Of a DNA stretch of 64,000 nucleotides, positions 20,786 to 30,677 are shown piece by piece. Below the pieces are notes generated by a model that worked only from the letters and a program-made list of their open reading frames with translations, did no database searches and had not been told where the DNA came from. Origin of the DNA: an uncultured virus (IMG/VR IMGVR_UViG_3300028840_008159) (taxonomy: Duplodnaviria; Heunggongvirae; Uroviricota; Caudoviricetes). The stretch is taken from the IMG/VR virus record IMGVR_UViG_3300028840_008159; one strand, written 5' to 3'. Within the stretch, counting starts at the first letter, position 1; each line of letters opens with the position of its first letter. Both the position numbers and the translations under genes were made by a program.

Positions 20786-21244
20786 TTAGCTCGAAGGGCT
20801 GAACGTGCTCTTTGTAGGCGTGATGATTATCGCCCTCTTGTTGTAGTCGAACGTCCAACGGTGTCCTGGTGGCACGTCGTACTTCTTCTCGAGTTCAAGG
20901 CAGAACTTGTCCCTTTCCTTGCGCGCCTCCATGGCTTTGTTGGCGGTGGCCTCGATCCTATTGCGTATCATCTCGGATTCGATCATCAGGTTGCCGCCTT
21001 CGATGATGGCCGTCCTCTCCTGGGTCAGCAGAACGTCCATCCTGTCGAAGTCCTCCTTGGACAACACGCGTTCGTTGCCGCCGGCCCCGATGACAGACAT
21101 GCCCTCCTGGATCGCCGGGGGGACGACCTTCTCGGAGTCGGCCATGACTTTCGGCTCCTTGGATTCCCTGGCCTCCTTGACCTCGTCTTTAGGAGCGGCC
21201 GTTTGTTCCTTCGCTTCTTCATTCTTGTCGCCAAACTTGCTCAT
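20786..21244 (-). CDS. Hypothetical coiled-coil protein
   Basis: AAGGAGG RBS before MSKFG. Confidence 0.7.
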   Translation of the reverse strand: MSKFGDKNEEAKEQTAAPKDEVKEARESKEPKVMADSEKVVPPAIQEGMSVIGAGGNERVLSKEDFDRMDVLLTQERTAIIEGGNLMIESEMIRNRIEATANKAMEARKERDKFCLELEKKYDVPPGHRWTFDYNKRAIIITPTKSTFSPSS

Positions 21245-21334
21245 GTGATTTCCTCCTTGTCTCATGATGATACGTCAAGAAGGCGGTCCTTTGCCTTGGG
21301 CATATCACCATTTCTAACACCCCTTTTACTTGAC

Positions 21335-21362
21335 TTGACTTGATTTATAGTCATGATATAAT
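21335..21362 (+). promoter_or_regulatory. Sigma70-like promoter TTGACT-N16-TATAAT
   Basis: Near-consensus hexamers in an AT-rich divergent gap. Confidence 0.8.
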
Positions 21363-21399
21363 TCTAGTGGAGGATTGGCTCAAGGAAGGAGGTGTTACC

Positions 21400-22247
21400 A
21401 TGAGGTTCGCGATGATAAGGAACGCCATCCTAGACAAGGAGAAATCCCTGCTGGAAAAGGACTTACGGAAGAAGTTGATGCCCCCATTTGTCGTCGGGGC
21501 CCGGTTGAATGGACTCGAGCTTTGTCGCAAGATCAAGAACATCAAGGAGTTGGACGCGATAATCGCGAAGCGCCAGAAGGAGGAGGTCAAGATAGCCCGG
21601 AAGGGCAACGTCGAGGCGTACTGGAGACACCGCAACGCCACCATCGAGGCCATGAAGGTCAGGAAGCTACTGGACGGCGCCATCAATACGAAGGCGAAGG
21701 TCGGAAAGAGAGTAGCCAAGGAATTGGCGGAGGCGATGGGGGAAGAGCGATGAGCGATCCCGAGCCGAAGGTGGTCTTCGACACGGACGAGCATATAAAC
21801 GAGGTTTTGAAGGACTCGTCCAAGATGGTCGTCATCGCCATGCTGATGCGGCCCGGCGTGCGATCACTGATGATCGCCACGGAGTGGCGGTTATTCTGCC
21901 CGTACGACGAGGGGCTCAACGAAAAGTTCCAGCTCATCCTGAAGAAGTGGCAGGATTTGCCTTGCGTCGTGATGGTCGTTCCCCTCTCCTACAAGGAGCA
22001 GGTTGAGGAGATCGCCACCGAGCTCAGCCTCAAGCTCGTCCAAGGCAGGACGCTCATCGTCATCGGCGGAGAGAAAGGCGTCGACAGCTTCCCCATTCAT
22101 TGCGACGAGGATCGGATGTTCACCGTGGAGAACGTTGCGGGGAGCGCCGTCTACGCCAACGATCCCGGTCTTTTCCAGAAGGAGACGGACGGCCTGGACA
22201 AGTTCGAGACGGAGGAGAAGCAGAAGGCCGCCGCCCGTTATCAATAA
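21400..22247 (+). other. Two hypothetical CDSs (21400-21753, 21750-22247)
   Basis: AAGGAGG RBS; ATGA coupling. Confidence 0.7.
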
Positions 22248-23637
22248 CGCAGAAACACGACCTGGTCGGGATGAAGTTGTTCCATGCCGAAGGACTCGAT
22301 CATGGCGAAGGCGTCGTCGAGGGCCGTCTTGACCACGTCGTCGCAAATCTTGACCATGACGTCCCCGAAGACGAACTTCGTCTTCCCGTCCAATATAGAA
22401 TTCGTTATGTTGAACATCGTATAGCCATCATAATGGACGGAGGGCCTGATCGAGAGTTCGAGGTAGGACTCCCCCTCGTCCCATGGCGTCGTCCTGAGGG
22501 TCAGGCACGCGATGGCGTCCCCGGAATGTCCGCTCACGCTCCACAAGTCGGAATTGGGGCCATGCCCGTCGACTTTCATCGGGTCCAACAGGAGGTTGAG
22601 CACGTAGTCCCAGTCAGGCCCCTTCTCGAGGAGGATGATCGAGTTCAGATTATTTTTCGTTCTCAACCCTGTCCTTCTCCTGGGCGAGCCACGTCTCGCG
22701 TTCCTCCTCCGAGGCGAACTTCTTGAAGTCGATGCAGTCGTAGGTAAGCCCGTCGGCCTTGACGATCATCCGGCCCAGCTCCAGGACGTGTTTCTTCTTC
22801 TTCTTGTCGTAGAGCTCATTGGCGGGCTGCGTGACGATTATGTTCTTGGCCTCGATCTTCCTGAACTTGTCGGTATAGGCCACGACGTCGGGGTCTCCGG
22901 TCACGAAAGTGGCGTAGGCTCTCATTGATCACCTCCTTCGTTGATGATACCGTCGTTCAACGCCCGTGCCAGGCGTCGATTGCCGAATTCAACAACGACC
23001 GGGAGTAGGGCGTTGTCGGATACTCGTCCAGGTAGTCGAGGAGGCAGTCCATCTCTTCTTCATGGTCCATGTAAAAATGCATGACATCCGCCAACGTGTC
23101 CGTCGTCGGTATAGCGACACCATCGACCCCGTTCTCCTCGTACTTGCGGGCGAGGATGAAGTCGGCTATGAAGGTCATCCGCGGGTCCGCGAAGAGAGCC
23201 CTGAATTGTTCCGGCTTATTGCCTAGCACGACCCTCTTTATGCTCAACTCGTGATCTACGTCAAGGCTGGCGATGGGGTACAGGAGGCTTTCCCAGTAGC
23301 CATCCCACCTGTTGTACCAATCCTCGATTACGTTCGGCTTGTTATCGGTATCCCCGAAAGCCCTGATGGTAAAGCTGCCTTCCTTCTTATCCACGGCCTT
23401 GAGGAGCCCGCAAGGCATTGATTCCTCGAGGCATCGGGCTAAGTTTATGATGCCGTTCTCGATGGCGTCATGGGAGTCGAAGACGCTTATTGCAGGAAAC
23501 TCTTTGGAGCTTAACTGGCCGGACGTCCATGGGGGGCGATTCGTCCTTATGCTTGGCAGGAAGCCCCACGTCCCCCAAAGCCCCCGTGCTAGGACGAGGT
23601 GTGGGTACTTGGGCGGCGGGATGACTTGTTCTTCCAT
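22241..23637 (-). other. Three hypothetical CDSs (22957-23637, 22650-22925, 22241-22666)
   Basis: Tandem ORFs downstream of the recombinase. Confidence 0.65.
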
Positions 23638-24227
23638 CAGAACCCCGCGATGTGATGGCTGTGCTCGGCCAGCAGCGCCGAGCGAGTCTTGGTCGGGCTC
23701 AGGACGCGGGCGTAGATCAGCGTCGTGTTGATGTCGTCGTGCCCCAGATGCTCCCTGATCTCGTCGATCGGGATGCCCATGTTTCGCAAGTGGACGCCTA
23801 TCGAGTGGCGCAGGACGTGGGGATGGCGCAGGTCGGCCGGGAGCCCGAGGGACTCGGCGACGTCCCGGAACATGAGGTAGATGGCCTGCCCGCTGACGGG
23901 GGCCCTGACCCGGCTCAGGAACAGCGGCTCCAGCCCGTCGGCCCTCGTCGCCAGGTAGTCTCGGAGCAACCGCGACGTCCTGGACCAGAGGGGTATTTCA
24001 TGCTCGTAGAGGGAGCCCTTCTTGAGGCGCTTGACCTTCAGCATCCCGGCGTGGCCACGGTCATTAACGAAGTCGTCCCTCCTCAGGAGGGCGATCTCGG
24101 ACCGCCTCAGGCCGCAGTTATACATGACGGCCAGGATGGCCTTGTCCCGGATTCCAGGCGCGGCTCGGATGATCCGTGTCACGTCCTCGGGTTGCAGGTA
24201 CTTGACCGACGAAGCCCTGATCGGCAT
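23637..24227 (-). CDS. Tyrosine recombinase, catalytic domain only, FimB/FimE-like
   Basis: GLRRSE (R), KRLKKG (K), HPHVLRHS (HxxR), LGH, TLIY (Y); 196 aa with no N-terminal core-binding domain. Confidence 0.9.
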   Translation of the reverse strand: MPIRASSVKYLQPEDVTRIIRAAPGIRDKAILAVMYNCGLRRSEIALLRRDDFVNDRGHAGMLKVKRLKKGSLYEHEIPLWSRTSRLLRDYLATRADGLEPLFLSRVRAPVSGQAIYLMFRDVAESLGLPADLRHPHVLRHSIGVHLRNMGIPIDEIREHLGHDDINTTLIYARVLSPTKTRSALLAEHSHHIAGF

Positions 24228-24253
24228 GGCCTTCCCCTTTCGATGCCCGGGAC

Positions 24254-24268
24254 GGGCCTATCTTTCAC
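24254..24268 (-). promoter_or_regulatory. GTGAAA-GA-TAGGCCC motif copy
   Basis: 26 nt upstream of the recombinase ATG; 7 other copies in the window. Confidence 0.7.
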
Positions 24269-24338
24269 CAAATCGACGAAAACCCCTTGCTCCGTGTAGA
24301 AACGTCCTGTATCTTCCCCCCCACAACAGGAGAATACC

Positions 24339-24545
24339 ATGCACCCAGCTTTTCGCAAGCTCGTACACGAATTGGAACAAAAGGCCTCCAAGAACGGCAT
24401 CTCCCCGCAGGACCTCCGCAGGATCATCGAGGGCAACTCCATTCCGGACGACCTCCCCGACAACCTGCGTACGAGCATCAAGGCCATCAGCTACATGACT
24501 TCCGACCCCCGTCCCGAGGGTCGCAAGCCCCCGTTGTTCGGCTAA
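24339..24545 (+). CDS. Small hypothetical protein
   Basis: AGGAG RBS; TTGCTC-N17-TATCTT upstream. Confidence 0.7.
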   Translation: MHPAFRKLVHELEQKASKNGISPQDLRRIIEGNSIPDDLPDNLRTSIKAISYMTSDPRPEGRKPPLFG

Positions 24546-24556
24546 TCCCCCCCTGA

Positions 24557-24581
24557 AGGATTCCATGGGACGTCGCCCGAA
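24557..24581 (+). promoter_or_regulatory. Class II motif AGGA-N16-CCGAA
   Basis: 23 nt upstream of ATG 24605. Confidence 0.7.
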
Positions 24582-24604
24582 CCCGTCAGGAGAGGGAATA
24601 CGAG

Positions 24605-25740
24605 ATGCCCATTATTATCCGCATCGCCGCCAACTTGAGCCCCTGGGACATCAGGAAGAGCGAAATGGAGTGGCTCGAGTTGCTCATAGAGGAATCGGAT
24701 CGCGTTGGAAACCCCGAGACGGGCCTCTCGACGGAGGAATTGAACAACGCCATGTCGCGCAAAACAGGGAGGCCGAAGGTAGCGCACGAGGTGGCCAGGG
24801 CGCCGTTGCTGCGCTTGTGCTATTACAAGCTCGCCGAGAACAGGAAGGGCAACTTCGTGCCGACGGGGGCTGGCCGGAAGGTCGCGGAGATGATGGGCCA
24901 GCGGGCCAAGTTATGGGGCGCCCTCCTGAAGCTCGTGGAAACCGGCAAGCTGTCCCCGCAAGACGTCCTAGGGGCCGTACAGAAGGGTTACAAGAAGGAC
25001 GCCGCGGAGATACTAGGCTTGATCGGGAAGGAAGAATGATGGAGCGTTACGAGCTGACCCCGAGGGGATGGGACGTCGTCAACGATCTCCGGGCGCAGGA
25101 ATTCCAGCGCGCCGCCGGGACGGCCAACGTACGAGTACGCGTCGCGGCAGAGCTGGCGCCCGAGGTGCCGGAACCGGCCGAACCGGAGCCGGAGGCTCCT
25201 CAGCCCCCCCCGAGGTTAAGCCCCTTCAAGACGCCCGAGGGATTCGTCAAGAAGGTGACTGCGGGTTACGAGGTTTACCTCCTGGCCCTCGCCAACTTGC
25301 AGGACAAGGGCATCTCCCCCACGCTCGTCGAGTGGGGCAGGGAGGTCGCCAGGCTCAAGCAGGAATCCTGCAAGAGATGCAAGAAGAAGATCGATCCGAA
25401 TTGCAAGAGGTGCGAGGGAACCGGCATCATTACCTCCATCTCCGGTCCCGGCGTCGGCGAGCAAGCCGACCTCCTCGTCAAGATGGGGCTCGTCCGCAGG
25501 ATGGGAAGCCAAAGGGCGATCGACTTGACGGAAGGCGGCCGCAGGGAGCTTACGGAATTGTCCAAATTTCGTGGCTTGGAGGCCTACATGGACGCCCCGA
25601 GCATCGTGTCCCACCTCATCGAGGAAGGCAAGATCACGGAGCAAGACGTGGTCGACGCGGTGGGGGCCTTCGACCCGGAGGCCAAGGCCAAGCTAGTCAA
25701 TCTTCTTCGGGAGCCGGAGGTTCCGGAGCCCGTCGACTGA
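24605..25740 (+). other. Two CDSs (24605-25039, 25036-25740), winged-helix-like; the second has a CxxC..CxxC insert
   Basis: PTGAGRKV / LTEGGRRE wing motifs; CKRC..CKRCEGTG; IIIRIAA and VRVRVAA motifs. Confidence 0.65.
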
Positions 25741-25745
25741 ATATT

Positions 25746-26219
25746 TCAAGCCGGTCCGTTGGACTTGGCCTTGTTCCTTTTGTCCTCGGCCTCGGCGAGC
25801 TTCCCGGCCATGGACATCAGTATCATCCTCGACATCTTGACGGCCTTGTCGACCTCCTCTCGGTCCGAGTCGCGGGGGGGCTTCAGGACGCCGTTGTCAA
25901 CCAGCGTCATCGTCAGGAGCGTGGCGGTCTTCATGTCGAGGGGAAGCGTCTTGGCGTTGCCCTCCGCTAGCTCGGCGACGATGTCGAGGCACGCCTCGCG
26001 GCATTCTCCCGGGTCGACCTTCTCGACGGCGTCGGCGGCGGACTGGATGGCGTCGGACATCTTGACGGTCGCCTTTCGCCTCATCTCGTCGTACACGCGT
26101 ACGGCGATGGCGGCGGCCATGATGAGGTTGAGGTCCTTGGTGCGACCATCGAGCTCCGGTGGCTCGTACTCGGCGTCGCCTTCAAGGAACCTGTCGATGT
26201 CCTCGAACTCGAATTTCAT
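25746..26219 (-). CDS. Hypothetical protein
   Basis: GGAGG RBS; coupled to the upstream methyltransferase. Confidence 0.7.
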   Translation of the reverse strand: MKFEFEDIDRFLEGDAEYEPPELDGRTKDLNLIMAAAIAVRVYDEMRRKATVKMSDAIQSAADAVEKVDPGECREACLDIVAELAEGNAKTLPLDMKTATLLTMTLVDNGVLKPPRDSDREEVDKAVKMSRMILMSMAGKLAEAEDKRNKAKSNGPA

Positions 26220-27460
26220 GACTCCTCCATGACGCGCTTTATCACGCGCCCCAGCCACTCGATGACGGGCGGCACGACGGAGTTCCCGATGAGGCGGACG
26301 CGTTCCTTCTCGGACAGCCCCTCGATCGCGGTATGACCGACGGGGAACCCCTGGATTTGCTCGTATTCCTTGGCCCCGAGGGCGTAGACGCCGTCCTCCA
26401 GGACGAGGCCCATGCCGGACATGTTGCTCGCCGTGGTCGTGGGGGCCGTCCCCTTGGGCCCGGCGTAGCAGGAGGGGAGCGATCCGGGGATGATGGTCCT
26501 GTTGATCAGGTTGTACTTGTCCCCGGACTTTCTGAGGTAGCCCATCTCGGAAAGCTGGTCGAGCTCGGCCTTCGTGGCCTTCAGTTGCCTGGCACTGAAC
26601 CGGGCGATGCACGATCCTTCCTCGCCCTTCTTGTCGATCAACGACCAGACGTGTTCCTGGTTCCTTCGCCGGACGTCGTCCAGTATCTTCTCCTGGCGCT
26701 CGGATACGTCCCCGAACAAAGACACCTTCCAGGTCGGGATCGATCCCGAGCCGAGCCTGTTGTCCCTGATCCTGAGCATCCGGCGGGGCTTCTTGGCTAT
26801 TCTCTCGCGCAGGACGCCCAAAAGCTTGTCCGGGACGTCTATCCGCGTGGACGGCCGCAGGCCGGAGAGGTCCCCTTGGATGGGATCGTGTTGCGGGACG
26901 ACGGGGATCAGTCCGGGCAGGCGCGACGCGAGGAGGTTGCGCTCCGCCGGGTTGGCGGTCATGGGGAAGATGTCTCTGGTAACGCCGACCAGGAAAGCCC
27001 GAACGCGTCTCTGGGCTACGCCGAAGGAGGAGGCGTCCAGGAGGGCGACGTCGCATCGGTAGCCAAGCCCGTTGAGCATCTCCAGCATGATCCGGATGGT
27101 CCGACCCTTGTCGTTGGTGAGTAGACCGCGAACGTTCTCGATCAGGAAGAATGGTGGTCGCTTGGCTTTCAGGACGCGGTGGACGTCGAAGAATAGGTTC
27201 CCCCGCTCGTCGGCCATGCCCAGGTTCTTGCCCGCGTGGGAGAAGCTTTGGCATGGGAACCCGGCCGTCAGGAGGTCGTGGTCGGGGACCTTATTGGCAT
27301 CCAGGGATCGGACGTCGCCCTCGAGGACGTCACCGAACCTGGAACGATATACTTCGCAGGCCGACGCGTTCACGTCGTTGGCGAGGACGCATTCCATGCC
27401 GAGGGGCTCGAGCCCCAGTCTGAATCCCCCCACGCCGCAGAACAATTCGACGTATCTCAT
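26216..27460 (-). CDS. DNA (cytosine-5)-methyltransferase (alternative starts 27469/27472)
   Basis: ELFCGVGG, AGFPCQSFS, IENV, AQRRVR, QIQGFP, IGNSVVP. Confidence 0.93.
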   Translation of the reverse strand: MRYVELFCGVGGFRLGLEPLGMECVLANDVNASACEVYRSRFGDVLEGDVRSLDANKVPDHDLLTAGFPCQSFSHAGKNLGMADERGNLFFDVHRVLKAKRPPFFLIENVRGLLTNDKGRTIRIMLEMLNGLGYRCDVALLDASSFGVAQRRVRAFLVGVTRDIFPMTANPAERNLLASRLPGLIPVVPQHDPIQGDLSGLRPSTRIDVPDKLLGVLRERIAKKPRRMLRIRDNRLGSGSIPTWKVSLFGDVSERQEKILDDVRRRNQEHVWSLIDKKGEEGSCIARFSARQLKATKAELDQLSEMGYLRKSGDKYNLINRTIIPGSLPSCYAGPKGTAPTTTASNMSGMGLVLEDGVYALGAKEYEQIQGFPVGHTAIEGLSEKERVRLIGNSVVPPVIEWLGRVIKRVMEES

Positions 27461-27477
27461 GGGTTTCATCATACGGC

Positions 27478-27505
27478 TTGACGTTTTCGGATTCGATGGT
27501 ATCAT
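27478..27505 (+). promoter_or_regulatory. Sigma70-like promoter TTGACG-N16-TATCAT
   Basis: Upstream of ORF 27532. Confidence 0.7.
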
Positions 27506-27531
27506 ACACGACGAATGGGGGAACATGATAC

Positions 27532-27732
27532 ATGAGATGCTGTTATGGCGGTTGCAAGAGGAAAGCCGTGGAGAAGGGGCTTTGCGATGGGCACGCGGGG
27601 AAAGACACGAGATTATGCCTGAAATGTCGCAAATGGTTCGTGAAGAAATCCAAGTACGACGGGCTTTGCGACGGCTGCGAGAAGCATAACGACTCGATGC
27701 GGGGCAAGACGGAGCATCGGGCCATTTTCTAG
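27532..27732 (+). CDS. Small Cys-rich (Zn-finger-like) protein
   Basis: CxxxC..CxxH and CxxC..CxxC. Confidence 0.65.
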   Translation: MRCCYGGCKRKAVEKGLCDGHAGKDTRLCLKCRKWFVKKSKYDGLCDGCEKHNDSMRGKTEHRAIF

Positions 27733-27743
27733 GAGAGGGAAAG

Positions 27744-28598
27744 ATGAAGAAGGGACGAGCGGCGGCCTTGAAGGCGTGGAAGACGCGACGGAAGAACGCC
27801 AAGAAAAAGCCCAAGAAACGGGTCACCGGGACGCGCGAGTGGGCCAGCTCTACCCGGAACTGCGTCAACGGATGCAGCCATGGTTGCAAGTACTGCTACG
27901 CGACGTACGACGCGAGTGACCGGTTTCACCGGATGAAGCGAGAGGAATGGGTCAACATGCGCGTCCGATGGGCAGCCGCGCGCAAAAAACAAAATAAGGA
28001 GAAGGGCGTCGTCATGTTCCCGACGACCCACGACATACAACCCGAGGTATTGATGCCATGCATGATCCTCCTCAGGAACCTTGTGGAGGCCGGGAACAAA
28101 GTTCTCGTCGTCAGCAAGCCCCACCTGGAATGCATCGACCGCATTACGGACGAGCTCTCGGGGTTCAAGAAACAGATCATGTTCCGGTTCACGATCGGGG
28201 CCATGTCGGACGACATCCTCAAGCATTGGGAGCCCGGGGCGCCGAGCTTCGACGAGCGTTTCACCTGCCTCGCGATGGCCCGGTCGAGGGGCTTCCGGAC
28301 GTCGGTTAGCTGCGAGCCGTTGCTGGAGCCCGAGATCGTAGACAAGATGATCGAGAAGTTCGATCCCTACGTTACGGACACGATATGGATCGGGAAGCTC
28401 AACCATATCGACAAGCGCGTCCACGCGACGACCAAGAAGGACAAGGCGGAGGTCAGGCGCATCAAGGGCTGGCAAACCGACGCCGTCGTCAAGTCCATCT
28501 ACGAGCGTCACAAGAAGAACAAGAAGGTTCGCTGGAAGGACTCCTACAAGGAGGTCGTGGGGCTGCCGAGCGCCGAGGAGGAAGGCCTCGACGTCTGA
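27744..28598 (+). CDS. Radical SAM protein (phage Gp37/Gp68 / SPL-like)
   Basis: GCSHGCKYCYA (CxxxCxxC), WEPGAPS..ER, VSCEPLL. Confidence 0.85.
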   Translation: MKKGRAAALKAWKTRRKNAKKKPKKRVTGTREWASSTRNCVNGCSHGCKYCYATYDASDRFHRMKREEWVNMRVRWAAARKKQNKEKGVVMFPTTHDIQPEVLMPCMILLRNLVEAGNKVLVVSKPHLECIDRITDELSGFKKQIMFRFTIGAMSDDILKHWEPGAPSFDERFTCLAMARSRGFRTSVSCEPLLEPEIVDKMIEKFDPYVTDTIWIGKLNHIDKRVHATTKKDKAEVRRIKGWQTDAVVKSIYERHKKNKKVRWKDSYKEVVGLPSAEEEGLDV

Positions 28599-28645
28599 CC
28601 CCTGGTCGCGTTCGCGCCCAGGGAAGGGCGCAGGAGGTAAATTTC

Positions 28646-29530
28646 ATGAGGACCCTGACCTACAAGGGCGAGACGCTGAATTTGCGGGGATGGGAGAAGA
28701 GGCTCGGCCTCAACCCCGGAACCATCACGGCCAGGCTGCGCGCCGGGATGCCCCTGGAGATGGTGCTATCGCCGGGGAAGCACAAGCGCGGGCCCAAAAA
28801 CAAGCGACCCCTCGTCCTCACCTTCGATGGCGAGACGCTTGGACTCGAAGAGTGGGCGGACAGGATCGGGTTCAAGGCCGGCACCATTCTCGCTCGTCTC
28901 AAGCGGGGGCTCCCGATGGAGCAAGTCCTAAGCCCGAGGCATCTAGGTAACGGCATCCCGAAATGCCGTTGCCCCATGGTCAAGGACGGCCAGGAGAAAT
29001 CGATGACCCAATGCGCCCAGGAGCTTGGGATCACGATATCGGCCATGTCCAGGCGCGTCAGCCGCGGGAAGAAGGACGTCTTTTCCCCGAAGTACCATCG
29101 CGAGAAGGACCCCAGCCGTCAGATGCCGGAATACCGGAAGTGGCAGGGAACGAGGGCCGCCGGGGCCACGTGGTCGTGGGAGGAGTTCATGTCCGAGGTG
29201 GGGATCCAGCCGTCCAAGACGTCCATCCTGGCGAGGAGGGACCCCGCGAAGCCATGGGGGCCGGGGAACGCGGAGTGGATCACCACGACGGCCGGCAGGA
29301 CGAGCCCCGCCGCGAGGCTGCTCCGCTACAAGGGGGAGGTCATGTCCACGCGTGCCTGGGCGCGACGCTGCGGCCTATGTACGCTCGTCTTGAGGGGGAG
29401 GCTGCTAAGGGGATGGTCCGTCGAGAAGGCGCTGACGACGCCGCCCCTGAAGCCTGGGCCACGACGCGGGTCAAGGAAAAAGAGGCATCAATACAAGTTC
29501 ACCGGGCCATGCGTCAAAGGGCGACCTTGA
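28646..29530 (+). CDS. Homing-endonuclease-derived protein: repeated DNA-binding modules plus degenerate HNH-like core
   Basis: 3-4 repeats of LTYKGET..W..RLG..GTI.ARL..G.PLE.VL; ILARRD..WGPGNAEWIT in place of SLDRID..Y.P.NCRWAT. Confidence 0.7.
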   Translation: MRTLTYKGETLNLRGWEKRLGLNPGTITARLRAGMPLEMVLSPGKHKRGPKNKRPLVLTFDGETLGLEEWADRIGFKAGTILARLKRGLPMEQVLSPRHLGNGIPKCRCPMVKDGQEKSMTQCAQELGITISAMSRRVSRGKKDVFSPKYHREKDPSRQMPEYRKWQGTRAAGATWSWEEFMSEVGIQPSKTSILARRDPAKPWGPGNAEWITTTAGRTSPAARLLRYKGEVMSTRAWARRCGLCTLVLRGRLLRGWSVEKALTTPPLKPGPRRGSRKKRHQYKFTGPCVKGRP

Positions 29531-30515
29531 CGATCACGTTCGCCCTCGACGCGAACGCCTTCCCGAACCCCAGGAAGTCCATGACCGCGTGCGCCTCGGA
29601 CTCGTCGCCGAACCTGCTCAGGGTTTGCAGGAGCTCTCGCGGGCTCTGGGAATCGCGTATCGTCCAATCCGGCTCCTCTTCACGGCTTTCCTTGTTGAGC
29701 TTCGTCTTCTGGAACACGTTCTCCTTGGACGAGAAGTCGTTGTCCCGAGAGCTGTACCGGAACTTGTAGATCGGCATCTCCTTGCCGGGCATGTATATGT
29801 CCAGTACTCGGTCGATGCGCTGGGCCCAGCCCTTCTTGGGGTTGCCTTCCGCGTCGAAGACGACCTTCCCGGACTTGTCCTTCCTCTTGGTGGGGAACCA
29901 CCTGACGAGCTTCTGCGCCTTGGCCGTGTACCTTCCGAGCTGGAAGTCCTCGACCTCGTCCTCCTTCTGGTGGCCTCCCTCCGGCTTGAACTTCTTCTTG
30001 GGGGCCGGGGGCTCGGGTTTCTCGGGCTCGGCCGCCATCCTGGCGGCGCTCGACTTGGCCTTGAACTCGTTGTAGACCATCAGCTCGAGTTCTTCGTCGC
30101 CCTTCGCCTGCCCGTATTGGTTCAGGAACTCGTCGACTAGCGTCTCCGGCAGGTCGATGAGGGGCATCTTGCCGTCCATGACCTGAACCCACCCGGGGAC
30201 GGCCTTCGAGGGGCGAGTAATCAGCCCTGACGGCTTCTCTTCGGGGGCGCCGAGCTCCTGCGCCTTGGCCCGGGCGAGGTTGGCCTTCTCCGTCTCTCCG
30301 GCCTCCTCCCAATGCTTGACCGAATCTTGCAGGGCTTCGATGAGGGCGCGTCCCTCGGTGTAAGCCCCGACGCTCAGCGCTTCTTTGGCCCCGTCCGACA
30401 GGAGATCCTCGACATCGGGCGCGAAGGCGAGGGCCACGAAGGCGCCCTTTTTGGTGGGGAAAATGCGACCCGGGAGGCCGTGTACCATCCAGCCGCTTGA
30501 CGTCCTGGTAAGCAT
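29514..30515 (-). CDS. Hypothetical protein ending FASRANVIVKVAL
   Basis: AGGAG RBS; class II motif upstream. Confidence 0.75.
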   Translation of the reverse strand: MLTRTSSGWMVHGLPGRIFPTKKGAFVALAFAPDVEDLLSDGAKEALSVGAYTEGRALIEALQDSVKHWEEAGETEKANLARAKAQELGAPEEKPSGLITRPSKAVPGWVQVMDGKMPLIDLPETLVDEFLNQYGQAKGDEELELMVYNEFKAKSSAARMAAEPEKPEPPAPKKKFKPEGGHQKEDEVEDFQLGRYTAKAQKLVRWFPTKRKDKSGKVVFDAEGNPKKGWAQRIDRVLDIYMPGKEMPIYKFRYSSRDNDFSSKENVFQKTKLNKESREEEPDWTIRDSQSPRELLQTLSRFGDESEAHAVMDFLGFGKAFASRANVIVKVAL

Positions 30516-30541
30516 GTCGTTTCTCCTGTCTCCCGTTCTTA

Positions 30542-30566
30542 TTGGGCAAGGGGCACGGGACTTCCT
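30542..30566 (-). promoter_or_regulatory. Class II motif AGGA-N16-CCCAA
   Basis: 26 nt upstream of ATG 30515. Confidence 0.65.
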
Positions 30567-30677
30567 GCCCGAACAGGAGGGTGGAGGCTTCCATTTTTTC
30601 CCAGGATTCATGCCGTTTGGGGGTTGACAAGCCCGTTTCTCGTGCGACAATAAAAGCATGGGAAAGGGAGGATAGTC

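Noticed and set aside
23637..24227. Prophage integrase marking an attachment site
   Set aside because: Phage-like gene content continues on both sides, there is no tRNA or direct-repeat boundary, and the protein lacks arm- and core-binding domains
11533..27460. Complete restriction-modification systems
   Set aside because: No endonuclease recognisable next to any MTase, although divergent ones cannot be excluded by eye
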